Assembly: GCF_036588685.1 (NCBI RefSeq)
Contig: NC_086379.1
Location: forward strand, 12,214,001-12,278,000
Length of the DNA stretch: 64,000 nucleotides
Source of the DNA: Mytilus trossulus
Lineage: Eukaryota
Direction: 5' to 3'
Position 1 is the stretch's first letter, and every line of letters begins with the position of its first letter. Below are positions 1 through 13,345 of this stretch, in pieces. The notes beneath the pieces were generated by a model that was given only the letters and a program-made list of their open reading frames with translations, was not told where the DNA came from and ran no database searches. The position numbers were made by a program, and so were the translations under genes.

Positions 1-3000
1 AAACAATTTCTTATTCATTCACTGAGACGGAAGTTAATATTACTAATTTGTTCGGCATAAATGAGACCACAGGGCAAATAAGAGTTAAATCAAGCTTACG
101 AAATAGATATGGTGACTACTTTTTAACCATAACGGCTACTGATCATGGTGTTGAACAGTTATCTGGTTCTACCAATTATACAATACATGTAGAAGATCTG
201 AATGACAATATACCACGCTTGATCGATCCACCAACAGATGTAAAAATTTATGAGGTTAGTATATTTTTATATCCTCTTTTAAGTGCACAAGTTTGTTATG
301 AACACGCATGACACGAATGATTCGGATTTCGGTACTGCAACATCTTAAATTGGAAATAAAATAATTAACAAAATGATTTAAAATCAAGTTTCATATGTCG
401 CTCAAAAATATGTATTTTGTTTTATAAAAGTATAACAAAAATACAGAGCGCTTTGGCAATTGATCTAAGAAATGAAGTTTGTAAACATGACAAATTCTGT
501 CAATCACAGGAACAATAAAAAAAACACCTTCCATATTTCAACGTTGTAAGAGATATCCCCGATGTAATTTGTGGGTCAAAACTGTTTATGTTTAGCTAGC
601 TAAACTTCCAACTTGTATATATAGTAGCTGAATGTTGTTATTTCGATATCAAAGTTTTCATTAAACTGTCAAAATGACACAAAAGCAAGGACATTTTCTG
701 TGTCAATTGTTATTTCACATGAACTCCTTCACTTGCAATTAATTTAAAATCTTAGTACAAAATAATGCAATTTCATGTTTTTACAACGAAGGGTTTTCTA
801 TGTTCAAAAATGCTGGATTAGTTTATTATTCGTCGTCATGTTCATAACGGAAAATTGCAGAAAAATACCGTTTTATAAAATATATTATTATCTTACGTAG
901 TGCGCTCGGCTTGGTACGACTCTAGTGAAATTGAACGCAACAGACGATGACTATGAAGATAATGGTTTGATAGAATTTTACTTCTTGGACAAATCCGGAG
1001 ATCCTAACAGTACCTTTTTTATTATCAACAATAAAACAGGAAAAATTTCAACAGCTTTGTACCCCCTTGTTCATCAGCATAAGTATTTAGTAAGTTCAGT
1101 TCGTTATAGTTGATATCATTTGGCACATTAAAATGTGTAATATGATGTTGTTTTTAAGGAAATAACATTTTCTGATCAATAACGCGTTAAATGAATTGAG
1201 AAACCGCAAAAATTAATACATTGAGCTGTATTGTCAAGAATTTTGTTCTAATTTCAAAGAGAACTTATATTTTTCCAAAACAAATAGTTTTAAGAATTAT
1301 AATATGTCAAAGCTATTGAATTGTTTAACTTCCATAGAATGAACCATCTGTGTTCGTGTTTTGTGTCGTTTAAATAAAATAATGATACAGTAATGAAACT
1401 TATTAAGTATTTGTAAAATACATGTTTTTCTGCATGTACTGTTAAAATGAAACCCTGATCACATTATCATTCAAATAATTCGTGGTATATTTAACCAAAT
1501 TACTGTCTGTGTACAGTTTCATCATTTTTGTGGAATATCAACTTTCGTAGATTTCATGTGTATAGGTAGACCACGAAAAAAGTTATATAGGCTTGTTGGA
1601 GTCTTATGTAGACGCAACGCGCGTCTGGTATACTAACTTATAATCCTGGTACCTTTGATATCTGTGTGCATAATTTTGCAAAACCAGGAAATTAAATATC
1701 TGTGAACATATATTTACTTCCAAATCCATAAAACGTTGCTCCACAAAAATAAATGAATCTTATGTATGAACCTTTTGAATTTTAACGGATGTTTTTATTG
1801 TTTAGCTGAGGGTTCAGGTAAGAGACCACGGTGATCCACCTTTAACATCTCCTAGTCATGATATGGAAGTTGAAATCATTGATGTAAACGACCATCCGCC
1901 CGATTTTAAAAAAGATTCGACGACTGCAGAAGTGTTTGAAAATGTTTCAAACATTACTTTTACGAAAGTCACAGCACATGACGAAGACGAAAATTCGGTT
2001 ATTCGCTACAGCATAGGTAAACAATATATTAACAAGATCCTAGAGATATTGAAACATAATACATGTATTTAGTATGACTACTAATAAAAACTTTCTAATT
2101 TAAAAATAGTACAACTTCATCCAAATTAGATGAAAAGCGTGTCAAACTGTTTTTCTCTTTTTATATCTTATCCACTTTTATTTACCATAAAATTACTTGA
2201 AAATCCATACAAAAGTGATAATTGCATGTTTGGCATGCTTATCCGTTGTTTTGAATATAAGGAAAAAATAACAGGGCATAAACCTAAACCATGCGAAAAC
2301 ATACAAGTAATAACACATACAGCAAACAAGGGAAATCTAAAATGTTTGGTTTTTACGACCCATTTCAATAATTTACATGACTTACATGTCAGTGATTTTT
2401 GTCGCATCGGTAAGATAATCAATACTGTTACACTAGTGGTACCAAAAGAATTGCTTAACACAAACGATCAAAATCAGTGAAATTCTCATTCGAGGAAAAG
2501 TGACAGGTGGTCGTTGTTTTGAGAACAACTAGTGTGATACATATTTTCCATACCGCTCAACCAACTCGCAATTGCGTCAATAAAACTTTCAAAAGCATGA
2601 ATTTACTACTTTGAATTATTGGCCCTTGTGATTTCCTCTTCTATTAAAGTGTTATCCAATGTCATATGCATATTTATTTTGCCCAGCGTTTATGAGTTTT
2701 CTGTTTAATTGCCCTTAAACATCGTTTTCTACTTTGCTTTCTATTATAACTGTTTAAATACATGCGCCACTGGTACATTATAAGTGTAATGTTGACAAAA
2801 CGCGCGTTTGATGTACCAAATTATAATAATGGTATCTTTGATGAGATATCCAGTGACGTTGTCATAACTGTATTCATCCCTCGACTGTTTGTCTTGATTT
2901 CAACTAAATAGTTTAATATCTTATTAACGATCCTTTTTGATATTTCACTCTGTCTTGCAGTTAAAAATTTCAATGCCCTGTTTGATATCAATGAAGAGTC

Positions 3001-6000
3001 TGGGAGAATCAGTATCATGAAAGAAATAGACCGAGAAGAATTTCAAACTATCACAATACGAGTAAGAGCTACAGATATTACTGAAAGGGACATTACTGTT
3101 GATTGTGACAATACTCCTGATATGGTCTCAAATACAACTGAAATGGATGTTAAAATAACAATACTTGATCAGAATGATAACCCGCCACAGTTCAACAGTA
3201 CTTTCATCTCTAGAGGAATCAGAAGAACTGTCAATCTCAATACATTGATCATTGACTTGAAGGTTAATATAAGACGAAATTATTAATTTGAGATCTGGTG
3301 GTGATATAATATTGTAATATGACAATTAGTGTGTAATACTAGTATACTAAAAAAATCATTTAAAATGAGTTATACAAGATAGGCCGACAATTTCATGTTA
3401 TCACTTAAATTCGTCTTCAGTCATATTCAGATTTTTGTATAAACAGGGTACCTGAAAAATCCCCATAATATCATGCCATAGATAAATTGATGGATGGATA
3501 GATTCATTTACCTTTGGTATTTCAATGCCAGTTTTGGGCTATTTCGTGGCGGTCAGTATTTAGTGGTAAGGAAAGCCGCAGTGTCCGTAGAAAACCACCG
3601 ACCTTTGATAAAAACTAACAATCCTAATCAATTAGGATTGGCCTTGAATGCACCTGCATGAGCTGGATTCGAACGTACAACCTCAGTGTTGACTGACTAG
3701 TGCTAGTCAAACAATTAATTAAAAGGTCCATGCTTGAGCGGGGGTCAAATTAAAAAAAAACAGCGTTTCATAGACTACTATAAACATTAAGAAAACATTG
3801 ATTAAACGTGAACAAAAGGACTATTGTAAAATCATTTTCTTCTGTTGATTTTGAGAAGGTAAAGAAGTTATCCGATATCCCGGTATATCCGTCTTGACAC
3901 ACCCTTTTTGTGCCATTTAGACAATCATCCTTAATGAACCGACGGAAATGCACATACAAGTCTACAGGTATTCTTTGGTTCGTCGGCAAGAAGAAAGACT
4001 CCTATTGTATAATTTGAAGTTTTTAAGTCAATCAATCGAAATGAATTTCAAAGTGTTGCGTGTTTATCGGGTCTAATATGTGAAGGACATTATTAAATTT
4101 CAGATTTATTTTGAGATGTGAATCTCGTTGTATTTTGAAATATTTACATTTGTTTAAATTTATGCTGATTGATCCTTAACCTGATTGTTCATTAGTTTTA
4201 ATTAATGTGTGGTTCGTTTGATCTCAGTTAAAATTCCATAACGACGTCAAACACTTTTGCTTTTCTCTAAATTTCATATTTTGACGTCTAACTAACGGCA
4301 ACCCTGCCTTATTACGTCATACAGAACAAACACATCTTTTTGCAGATCATTCCGAAATTATTTTTTTTTTAAATTGTCTGCATATCGTCTGTAAATTATT
4401 AGAGAAACATGCAAACTCTCGTGAAAAACGATTAGTATCCACTGTATACAGTTCATTTTGTAAACATTTTAAACGCTCGACAAGCTTCGAATTTTGAATT
4501 GGAAAATATTGCTGTGACATGTGTATAAATATCTTATCACACTGTATGTCTCTGCATATCTTCCACCTACAAATAAGTTGAAAATGATAAGTTTAACCCA
4601 TTTGTTAAACTGTTAATTAGAGCATATCTATGTTGTAGACTACTGTTAATCCAGATCCTGATCTAGGGGAAAATGCAGTACATGGGTTTGCATTCAACGG
4701 TGATATTACTTTTTCTAGTTCGGATTTGAAAAATAAAATTCTACAAACAAAGGTTGGCCAGTGCCCAGATAAACGGGATGGCAGTGCTGCGTGTATCACA
4801 TCCAATGGAACATTGTCAACGAATATCTTGTTTGAAGAAAATATGAAAGGATATCTTTTGATACCATTGGTTGCAACAGACGCTGCTGGGAATAGTACTA
4901 CAACTTTGAAGGTAGATACTAGTTATATTTATTTTGTTTATACAACTTTTCTAAATTTATTAGGGCTTGATATACTCCAGACAAACACGTGCACGTATGT
5001 CGTTAATGATTCTTTAGTATTGTGATGTTGTCTTTCAATTGCCTTTTTAGTTATATATGTTTTAATACTAGAAAATATAATTTAATTTGAAGTCTTAATC
5101 TGGTGGTATATGGCGATGGGGGAGTAGATAGATTTCTCTAATTGACCAGTTGTTCTTCCGTACTATCTTCAATTTCTCTATCCAACTTGTGTATCCGGAA
5201 CTGCTATTGAATCACTTGACAAAAACATAAATCTTTCACAGTAACCGTATCACATGGAAACTGAATCATTTTTGTTTATTCTGTGATGGCATATCAATTG
5301 AATCCGCCATTTGCCACACTATCGGAAAGATTTACATCTGCTTATTTTCTTTTCTGTTATCCCCAATGCTAATTTACAAATTATCAACTTTACTCAGAAT
5401 TTGTACCATATTATATCATAGTACACATATTTTCTGTAGAGACATGTTTTGGTTTACCAAAATATTACCATTGCTTTATTTATGGCTAAAAACCTCCTCA
5501 TTTTAATTTGTTTATATTTTTTAACGATAGTGACCCTTGAAGGTCATTGTACACCTCCTGTGTTGTGTGTTATTCCAAATTATGTTTGAGTTTTTTCTCA
5601 GTCCATTTTGTATCTGTTAGTCATCCTGAATTCCTAAGAAATTGTTTTTTATCTATTTGTATCAGAATAGTTATCAAAGATACCAGCATTATAATTTAAT
5701 ACGCCAGACGCGCGTTTCGTCTACATAAGACTTATCAGTGGCGCTCATATCAAACTATTTATAAAGCCAAACAAGTACAATGTTGAAACGTATTGAGGAT
5801 CCAAAATTTCTAAAAAGTTGTGTCAAATACGGCTTCGGTAATCTATGCCCGGAATAAGACAAGCCTTAGTTTTCGAAAATTCAAAGTTTTGTAAACAGGA
5901 AATTTATAAAAATGACCACATTATTGATATTCATGTCAACACCTTTTACAATTATGCACAACTGATTTTCAGTTTAAATTCAAATTAATGATTGTATAGT

Positions 6001-9000
6001 ATTCTCTACTAAAATCCTGGAAATTAATGTTAACCATTACAGTGTCTAAGATATTTTTTGTACAGATAACTCCTTCTTTAACTGCAAACTAGATTGTAAT
6101 ATGATTTTTATAATCTTCTCAATATATTGCAATGATCATCTACTGTTTTGCCTGTGACGAATTGTGTATGTGTATTACCTTCAGAATATAATGTACGTAT
6201 TTTTATCAAGGAGGTATGGAATTGTTATGTGAGGTATGTTCATCTTTTAAATGAAATTTCAAAATAACATCAAGTTCATATATGCATATACTCGTACAGT
6301 CAGTTAGAATCAGACTTGATATATTCTATGATATGTCACTCTTTGATTATATTGCTTTAATTGACATGAAAGACGCGAAAGCACGGTAATTTACCATAAC
6401 TTATAGTGGATAGTATGATGGTTGTACACATGCTCTAACGACAGGAAAGAGACAATTTATTGTTACGTTTTTTCAGATATATATAATTTCTGATGACCAA
6501 ACTGCAGCTATGCTGATTTATGACAACAAAGCGTTCGTGCAGTCTAACCAAGATGAAATTCTGCGGTAAATCTAGTATCAATAATAGCGAATCATTATAT
6601 AATAAAACACAATTGATTATGGACATTGGGAATGTGTCTAAGAGACAACAACCAAAGAGCAGAAACAGCCCATGGCAACCTAGTCTTTATAGCGGCGTGA
6701 ATGTCCCGCACCTGGAAGCGGGCTTCATGTGGTCATAAAACCAAAAAAAGATGTACGAGTGCAGTGCAAATAGTCATCCAAAATGTATAATGGACTTATA
6801 TCAAAAATATATTCAAGACTAACATAATCAACAACGGTCATCATGAATACTTATGCACTTATTATTTATTCTAATACCAAAATTGTAAGCATACAAAATT
6901 TCCACTAATACAAAAGAAGCTTTGATTCATCGCTTAGTAAAACTAGTTTAAAGTAATATTTTTACAGAATACTGTCGCAGATAACAGGATACGAGTTTGT
7001 GGCTGATGGAATCGAATCGTACCAACAAGACGGTATTTCGGATGCTTTCAGGTACTAAGTTTACTAAGAGTATAAACTGAATATCCCATTATAAAAACAA
7101 TATAAAGATAGAACATTTATAATGTTTTTATAGTGATGTAACATGTAACGGATATCTCAGTCTACATGTTTGCCTTATTAACGAAATACAAGGAACTACA
7201 TTGGACATTTTGAAGTCCAGTATTCTTTATTTTGACTTATTGGAATCTCGTTGCTTTTCCTACTATAACGATAACAAAGTTACATAAATAGTTTAAAGCA
7301 CATCAAATCCTTTAATCAGTGATATTTGTACAGAATGCAAAACGTTTGCATAGCGTATTGTTGGTTTTCAGTCATGTTATAATTGAACATATTTTCAGAA
7401 CTTATTTGTATTTCCATGTTATCGTCGAAAACGGAAAAGTGGCATCTGCAACTGAAGCCAAGAGGTAAGATTGTTAATAGTACACTATAAGAAGACCGAT
7501 TACAATAATAGTTTGTTGTCAGTGTGCATGAATCTATAAAATTAATTATCTAAAAACAGGATTTGTTGGAAAGCCAATGCTTATATGTTCAAGTTTTCAC
7601 AAAATATTTAAACAATATCTTAATAACTTGTCTCAGGTGGAAAATCGCGCTGATTCAAACAAAAAATCATATGAAAATGATATTATAAAGATGCTTGAAT
7701 TTTTGATTGATAACATATTTGTTACGTTCAGGGAGACAAATTATCGGCAACCCATAGGAAGTAAATGTGCCCCTCAACATGGCGAGTTGATTAAAAACTC
7801 TTATGAGGTTGGCTTTATAAGAGAACTACTTGAGAAGAAAGAAAAGAAGTTAGCAGTATTTTTTATCTTTACTTTTCGCTATACAGTTGATGATCTCTAA
7901 CCTCACAAAATAATGGTAGATTTTGTGAGTATGTTAAACGCATCTATCCAATCGCACTGGGGATTAAGAGTTCAAAATATACAGTCTGCCTTATATATTG
8001 ACTTACATCTAAACAATTGTCAATAAAGTCGGTTGAAAACAAACCTGTACGACAAAAAAAAATATTTCAGCTTCCAACTATGAACTTTTTATTTCTATGT
8101 AGCAGCGCCTGCATGATTGTCACCAGCCGAAATAGACTTATTATCGGCTTTATTTTAACATGAGTCCTTTCCTCTCTATGTTTTGTGATTGTGTACTATT
8201 GTCTGTCTGTCGTCTGTCTGTCTGTCTGTTTTTTGTTTGTTTTTTCAGCCATGGCTACGTAATTTGATTTTCTATTTATGAGTTTCGTATGGTTTCCCAT
8301 CCTTATATATATTAACTAATTGCTTGTAAAATTATTGATGTAACTAAGTGCATGGCTTACATATTTTATTTTGTTTTAAAAGCATTTTCGACAAACATGC
8401 AGTGGCACTTGCAAGCATGGCTGCAAAGTACAAGATTTCATCTGTTCAGGTAATTGCTATAAATGGTTGTTGAATTTACTGTCTGATGTTTATCATTTGA
8501 GTTATCGAGGATAAAAGAACCACTGGATCGATGCTACTGCTGGTGGAGTTTAAATTCTTCGACGGTATCAACAGCCCAGTAGTCAGCACCTCTGTGCTGA
8601 CATGAATTATCATTTATATGCTCTAATTTATAAATAAACTGTTTTCAAAAATTTTTGAAATACTAATGCCTTTTCTACCTTAGGAATATATTACTTTAGC
8701 TGTATTTGGCAAAACGTTTACGAATGTCGGTCCTCAATGCTCTTCAACTTCATACTTCATTTGGCCCCTTTAACTTTTTTGGTTTCGCGCGACACTGATG
8801 AGTTTTTTACGGACGAAACGTGCGTCTGGCGTAAATACAAAATTTAATCCTGCTATCTATGATGAGTTTTTTCACGCAATCAGAACGTTTTTACGTAAAA
8901 CATTATACACAGAATTACCAAAATATTAAATATAACGGAATATGGAATCTGTGCCGTTATAGTGTTGTGTTAATAGCACAATTATTACTTCATCTTATGC

Positions 9001-12000
9001 ATTTTGCTTTATTTCCCTTCAACATAACACAAAAGAAATTAATTCATATACTTTGAGTTCAACAGTGTTTCAAATAATTATGAACACTATTTTATAGGAA
9101 TATAAAGAAACACTACAACAGCCTGCTGCAGGTGTTCCAACTACATTCATCTTAATTGGTATAATTGGTTTACTAGGATGCATCGTTCTCCTTGTTGGTT
9201 TCTTTTACTGCAAGAGTATATCAAGGTACTTAAATAAATATCAGTGGTAGTAACTATCATGTTGTTTTATGTCTTATATCTGGGTTTTTTAAGAATGTAC
9301 TTAAGTCAGGTTTCGGAATTTGTATCAGATATTTGGACTCCTTTGAGATTTTTGCTACTATACAATGTGTAATATTTTGTCCCATTATACCCATTTATCT
9401 TGTCATGTAAGACTTAAGGAGGCTCGCGTGTATAAGATTTTTAGAAAAAAAATAAACATTTATTTTTCATTACAAATTTTATTAATTACCTTAAGTAGTT
9501 GTTACTTTATCATATGTAACAAAAATCATTCCAAAAAATTAATTCGTGTTGACCCAAGGTAACTTTTAAAATGTAGATATCATTGAAAAAGCTCCAAATT
9601 ATCTCCCTTTGGTGCAAAAATGCCATTTTTTTTGGCATTAAAATTGAAATATCTTTTTTAAATCATCGGTGACCTATATTTTTTATTGTTGTTTTCGAAT
9701 AAGCTGTACACAAACTAAATTATTATTAAATTTAAGCGATTTCTGTAATTTAGTTCTTTTTTTATTTTGATATTACCGTTATTTCTCTTATTAGATCAAC
9801 AGAAAAAAAGGACATTGACCAAAATGTATGCTTCTTTTGAAGACAGATTTTGAGCGTAAATGAACGGTGACCCCATTTTTTTTATTTCCTTTTTCCATTA
9901 AGTATAAGATAAAGTTCATTTATAGAAAAATATAGCGAAATCCTATATTAAATAAAAAAATTCATTTAGACCCGCAAGCCCCCTTAATAGCTCATTAAAG
10001 ATATTATTTTTTTCTATTTGAGACACCAAAACTATTTATGCAAATATAAGGTTAAAGTCAGAGTCAGCTTTTTCACGTTAAATTTTAATAATTATATATA
10101 TCGAAAAGGAGCTCCATGACCAATCAATATATTTAGCAAATTACAGTACATCCTTAAATAATGTATGATTTCGAAACTGAACAAGGTGATTTCTTGTCAA
10201 ATGTGTCATCGGATAGTGCAAAATGACTTTCTTATCTTTTAAGGTAAATGTATGAATTCTTAATGTGACATTTGCACGAGCGCTGAGCTTGTTGATTTTT
10301 TTCAGTGGAATTTGATTTTATATTCATAAATAAGATAACCTGTAATTCAGTGTTTGTCGTTTGTTTATGTGTTACAAAATGTACATATTTGTTTTTCGTT
10401 CATTTTTTTACCTAAATTAGGCCGTTAGTTTTCTCGTTTGAATTGTTTTACATTGTCTTATCAAGACCTTTTATAGCTGACTATGCGGTATGGGAATTGC
10501 TTATTGTTGAAGGCCGTACGGTTACCTATAATTGTTAATTTTTGTGTCATTTTGGTCTTTTGTGTATAATTGTCTCATTGGCAATAATACCACATCTTCT
10601 TTTTTGTGTATCACATATTTTGTCTCGTGGTGGCTTGTTTGCCTCGTGTGCCAGATGTCGTTGGCTCGAACCCCGTGCGGGACAATCCGAAGACTTGAAA
10701 GTTGATATTTGCTGCTCCTTCGCTAAGCACGCGTCATTACGAAGTATTTCTATCCACCCTTTTTTAACTGATTTGTTAAAGAATGTTCTTTTGTTGTACT
10801 GTGCCAGGTTGAGAGCGAACATTTTGTATGTGCCTGTACCAAGTCAGAAACCCCTTATTCAATTGTTTGTTGTTGTGTTACATATATTTGTTTTTATATC
10901 TGTGTCATTTGCTCTCTTGATGAGAGTTGTCTCATTGGCAATCATAACACATCGTGTTTCCTTAACATTGAATCAAACTGACATGATTGTAAGCTGAAGT
11001 TTTCATGTTAAGTATGTACTTTGGGTTTCAAACACTTAAATTGAATTTGAAAGACTTATGCCGCTAGTTGTTGACAATCATTTTATTTCTGCTGTTATTA
11101 TTATAGATATCAAAGAAAATTGAAAGCTGCAACAACTAAGACTACAGGTGGTAAGTTCCTTTATGTATTGCCTTATGATTGTTGTTATACAGTTCGTAAT
11201 CATCATTCAGGAAGCTTTTCGACAGACTGTCTTGATAGCTATTATTTTAACACTTCTATTATTAAAATACATAGCATTGTCCGCGATTTTTAAAGTAAAA
11301 CACTTTTGTTTAAATAAATCATAATCAAACTTTGCTTAGAAATGAAAATATCGTTCTTTCTAAAGATATTTTAATATTCTTTGTTCTGTTTGTTTGGTTT
11401 GATGATGATTTTACAATTTTATTATTTTGAGATGATAATTTAAATGCATATGACATCACATTTCAAATATTCTTCTTGTAATAACACACTAGTGTTCATA
11501 GACAGTTTTTCATTTTATTATTTTCGAACTGCATTTTTAGTTTTCTTTGTTCGATACTACGCCATGTTGTTATTTCAAAATATACAATGATTTCTCCCAT
11601 TGGTGTCTTCCACCTACATCTGAATAATATACTTGAAGTTTTTTGATGTGGTTATTAATCTTTATTTCTGATGTAATATATTTCTTACCCTTTGTAGACA
11701 CAGATATTAAGGAATGTCAACCCGGAACGAACATGTATGCAAGAAGGTAATTCTCTATGTAACTTTCGATCTGGAAAAAAAAAGATAAAAAAAAAACACT
11801 TTTGTTTGAGAATTGATTCAAACACAGTAGCAAATATCACATGTTTTAGACAAGTTAGAATCTATTTATTTTTGAAAATAATTTTGCTAACGAAGCGAGA
11901 CTTATAGAATAGTTCCTTGGCATGATTGTCTTATGCATACTATATCCGTTAAGTATACAAATGTATGTATGAAAGGAAAGATATATTATGAAAATTTGGC

Positions 12001-13345
12001 TGCTGTAGTCATATTTCATCAATGCTTTTGATACTATTTATTAATTGTTTTACAAATTAACAATAGTTTTGGTCTTCCAGTAATAAAACAACTATATAAA
12101 TATATATTACATATAACTGCACGCTAAAAAAATACTTGTTACGCAATATTGCTATGTTTTGTTTCCGTGTAAATTCAATTTTGAAAATACTTCTTGCAGC
12201 ACAAACCCATTGCTGAATAGAGAAGAAGATCTGTCAAAAATAGACTACGATCGATTTGACACTGAAGATGATATTGAAAGGTACTTATATATAGGAAGAT
12301 GTGGTGTGAGTGCCTATGAGACAACTATCCATCCAAGTAACCATTTAAAAAATAAACCATTATAGGTTAAAGTACGGCCTTCAACACGGAGCCTTGGCTT
12401 AAATGCTTTACATCTAATGTTCAATTAAATGTTAAGCTAGGCTTTATTATTAATTAGCTTTTCCCAAAATCATGCGCTGAGAACATAAGTTTCAACCTTA
12501 ATATAAAAATAAGAATTGTATTTGACGTCATAATAGACAAGCAATTTATGTCAATGAAAACATTCGAGGCAAAGACTCACAATGGCTTGTTTTATCCCAA
12601 TAAATGAGGATTCCAACGTGGGTCACATTGTCGCGTATTACAGCAAGTTTCAACGACCCTCTGCATCGGTTTGAGTAGATTATTTACTATTATCATATTT
12701 AGAATGAGTTATTAGCTTAGTTTTTCTTTATTTTAACTTGAAACGAACATTAATGAAATAACATGAAATAACATGAAAAAAAATACAGTTTATAGAAACG
12801 AATATAAAAGAAAACACTGAATGAGGAATATAACAAGTCAGTTTATTTTCGATTTATGAGTATGACTGTCCCTCTGGTATATTTCGTCCCTATTTTATAT
12901 ATAAAACTAACCTCATTTAAATGACTTTTGTTATTTCTAATATTATATGGTCTAGAATAGTTTTAACTAAATATTTTTTCCATTTCTCATAATTGTTAAT
13001 TGATGTTTGTACATTTATTCTGTAAATTGCAAAATAATACGACTCTTGGTATCTTGTTTTAGTGTGACGTCGTACGATTCACATCAGTTCAAAAGGGGAG
13101 AGGAAAATCTAGGTGACGAAGAAAAAGGAGCAACTTTGGACATGTATGAAGACGAAATTGTCGTACAGCACGGCGACATTGATGCCCTGGCAATGGTTCT
13201 TGAGCAACATAAACAAGAAAAAGCTGCATGCCGTGAAAGTTTGATTCAGAGCGAAAAGATTAACGGTCACCTTAGCACTGAAGATTTTACGCATTCGTTT
13301 GACAATGAAGGTTTCCAATTGAGTTTGGAAACAACCGAAGTGTAG
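1..13345 (+). CDS. Cadherin-23/Cad87A-like single-pass transmembrane cadherin, 3' portion (5' exons lie outside the window)
   Basis: Phase-consistent GT-AG exons: <3-254, 901-1089, 1806-2016, 2961-3262, 4639-4911, 6477-6565, 6968-7051, 7399-7464, 8383-8449, 9098-9225, 11107-11150, 11698-11746, 12200-12280, 13063-13345 (TAG). Cadherin Ca2+ motifs DLNDNIP, ATDDD, DVNDHPPDF, IDREE, DQNDNPPQF. TM helix FILIGIIGLLGCIVLLVGFFYC in 9098-9225. Cytoplasmic YQRKLKAAT and PGTN..STNP motifs; C-terminus LETTEV. Confidence 0.9.
3490..3705 (-). mobile_element. tRNA-derived SINE, V-SINE-like, degenerate
   Basis: The minus strand has a B-box-like GTTCGAATCC followed by GGTCGGTGGTTTTCTACGGACACTGCGGCTTTCC, which resembles the V-domain core TTTCTCCGGGTACTCCGGTTTCC. 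Confidence 0.55.
5668..5945 (-). ncRNA. Retrozyme-like repeat with a minimal type I hammerhead (5701-5744; core variant CUGAUAA)
   Basis: Minus strand reads GCGCCA-CTGATAA-GTCT TATGT AGAC-GAAA-CGCGCG-TC-TGGCGT. Flanks are homologous to the other copies. Confidence 0.75.
7643..8110 (+). pseudogene. Decayed Penelope-like (Naiad-type) reverse transcriptase fragment, a different family from the element at 50-54 kb
   Basis: Translates as MLEFLIDNIFVTF..YRQPIG.KCAP..FTFRYTVDD, aligning with [34 protein letters not shown] of the intact element. Contains deletions and stops. Confidence 0.8.
8515..8870 (+). ncRNA. Retrozyme-like repeat with minimal hammerhead (core 8795-8826)
   Basis: CTGATGA-GTTT TTTAC GGAC-GAAA-CGTGCG-TC-TGGCGT within a ~355-nt unit homologous to 19707-20110 and 46375-46675. 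Confidence 0.75.
9418..9983. mobile_element. Non-autonomous DNA transposon with TTAA TSD (Kolobok-like)
   Basis: TTAA at 9414-9417 and 9984-9987. Imperfect TIRs: GGAGGCTCGCGTGTATAA versus the reverse complement of the right end, GGGGGCTTGCGGGTCTAA. Confidence 0.7.
10340..10605 (+). repeat. Dispersed repeat, probably the 3' end of a Penelope-like family (related copies at 29165-29325, 38962-39272, 57050-57345)
   Basis: Closely similar blocks ending GTCTCATTGGCAAT(C/A)ATACCACATCTT recur across the window. Confidence 0.7.
10630..10748 (+). mobile_element. tRNA-derived SINE head fragment
   Basis: B-box-like GGCTCGAACCCC followed by AAGACTTGAAAGTTGATATTTGCTGCTCCTTCGCTAAGCACGC, resembling mollusc SINE bodies. 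Confidence 0.45.

Noticed and set aside
10542-10997. 151-aa hydrophobic ORF and similar short ORF-track entries in repeats (e.g. 17380-18393, 34597-34971, 55350-56553)
   Set aside because: They span patchworks of repeat fragments and show no domain motifs or splice support.
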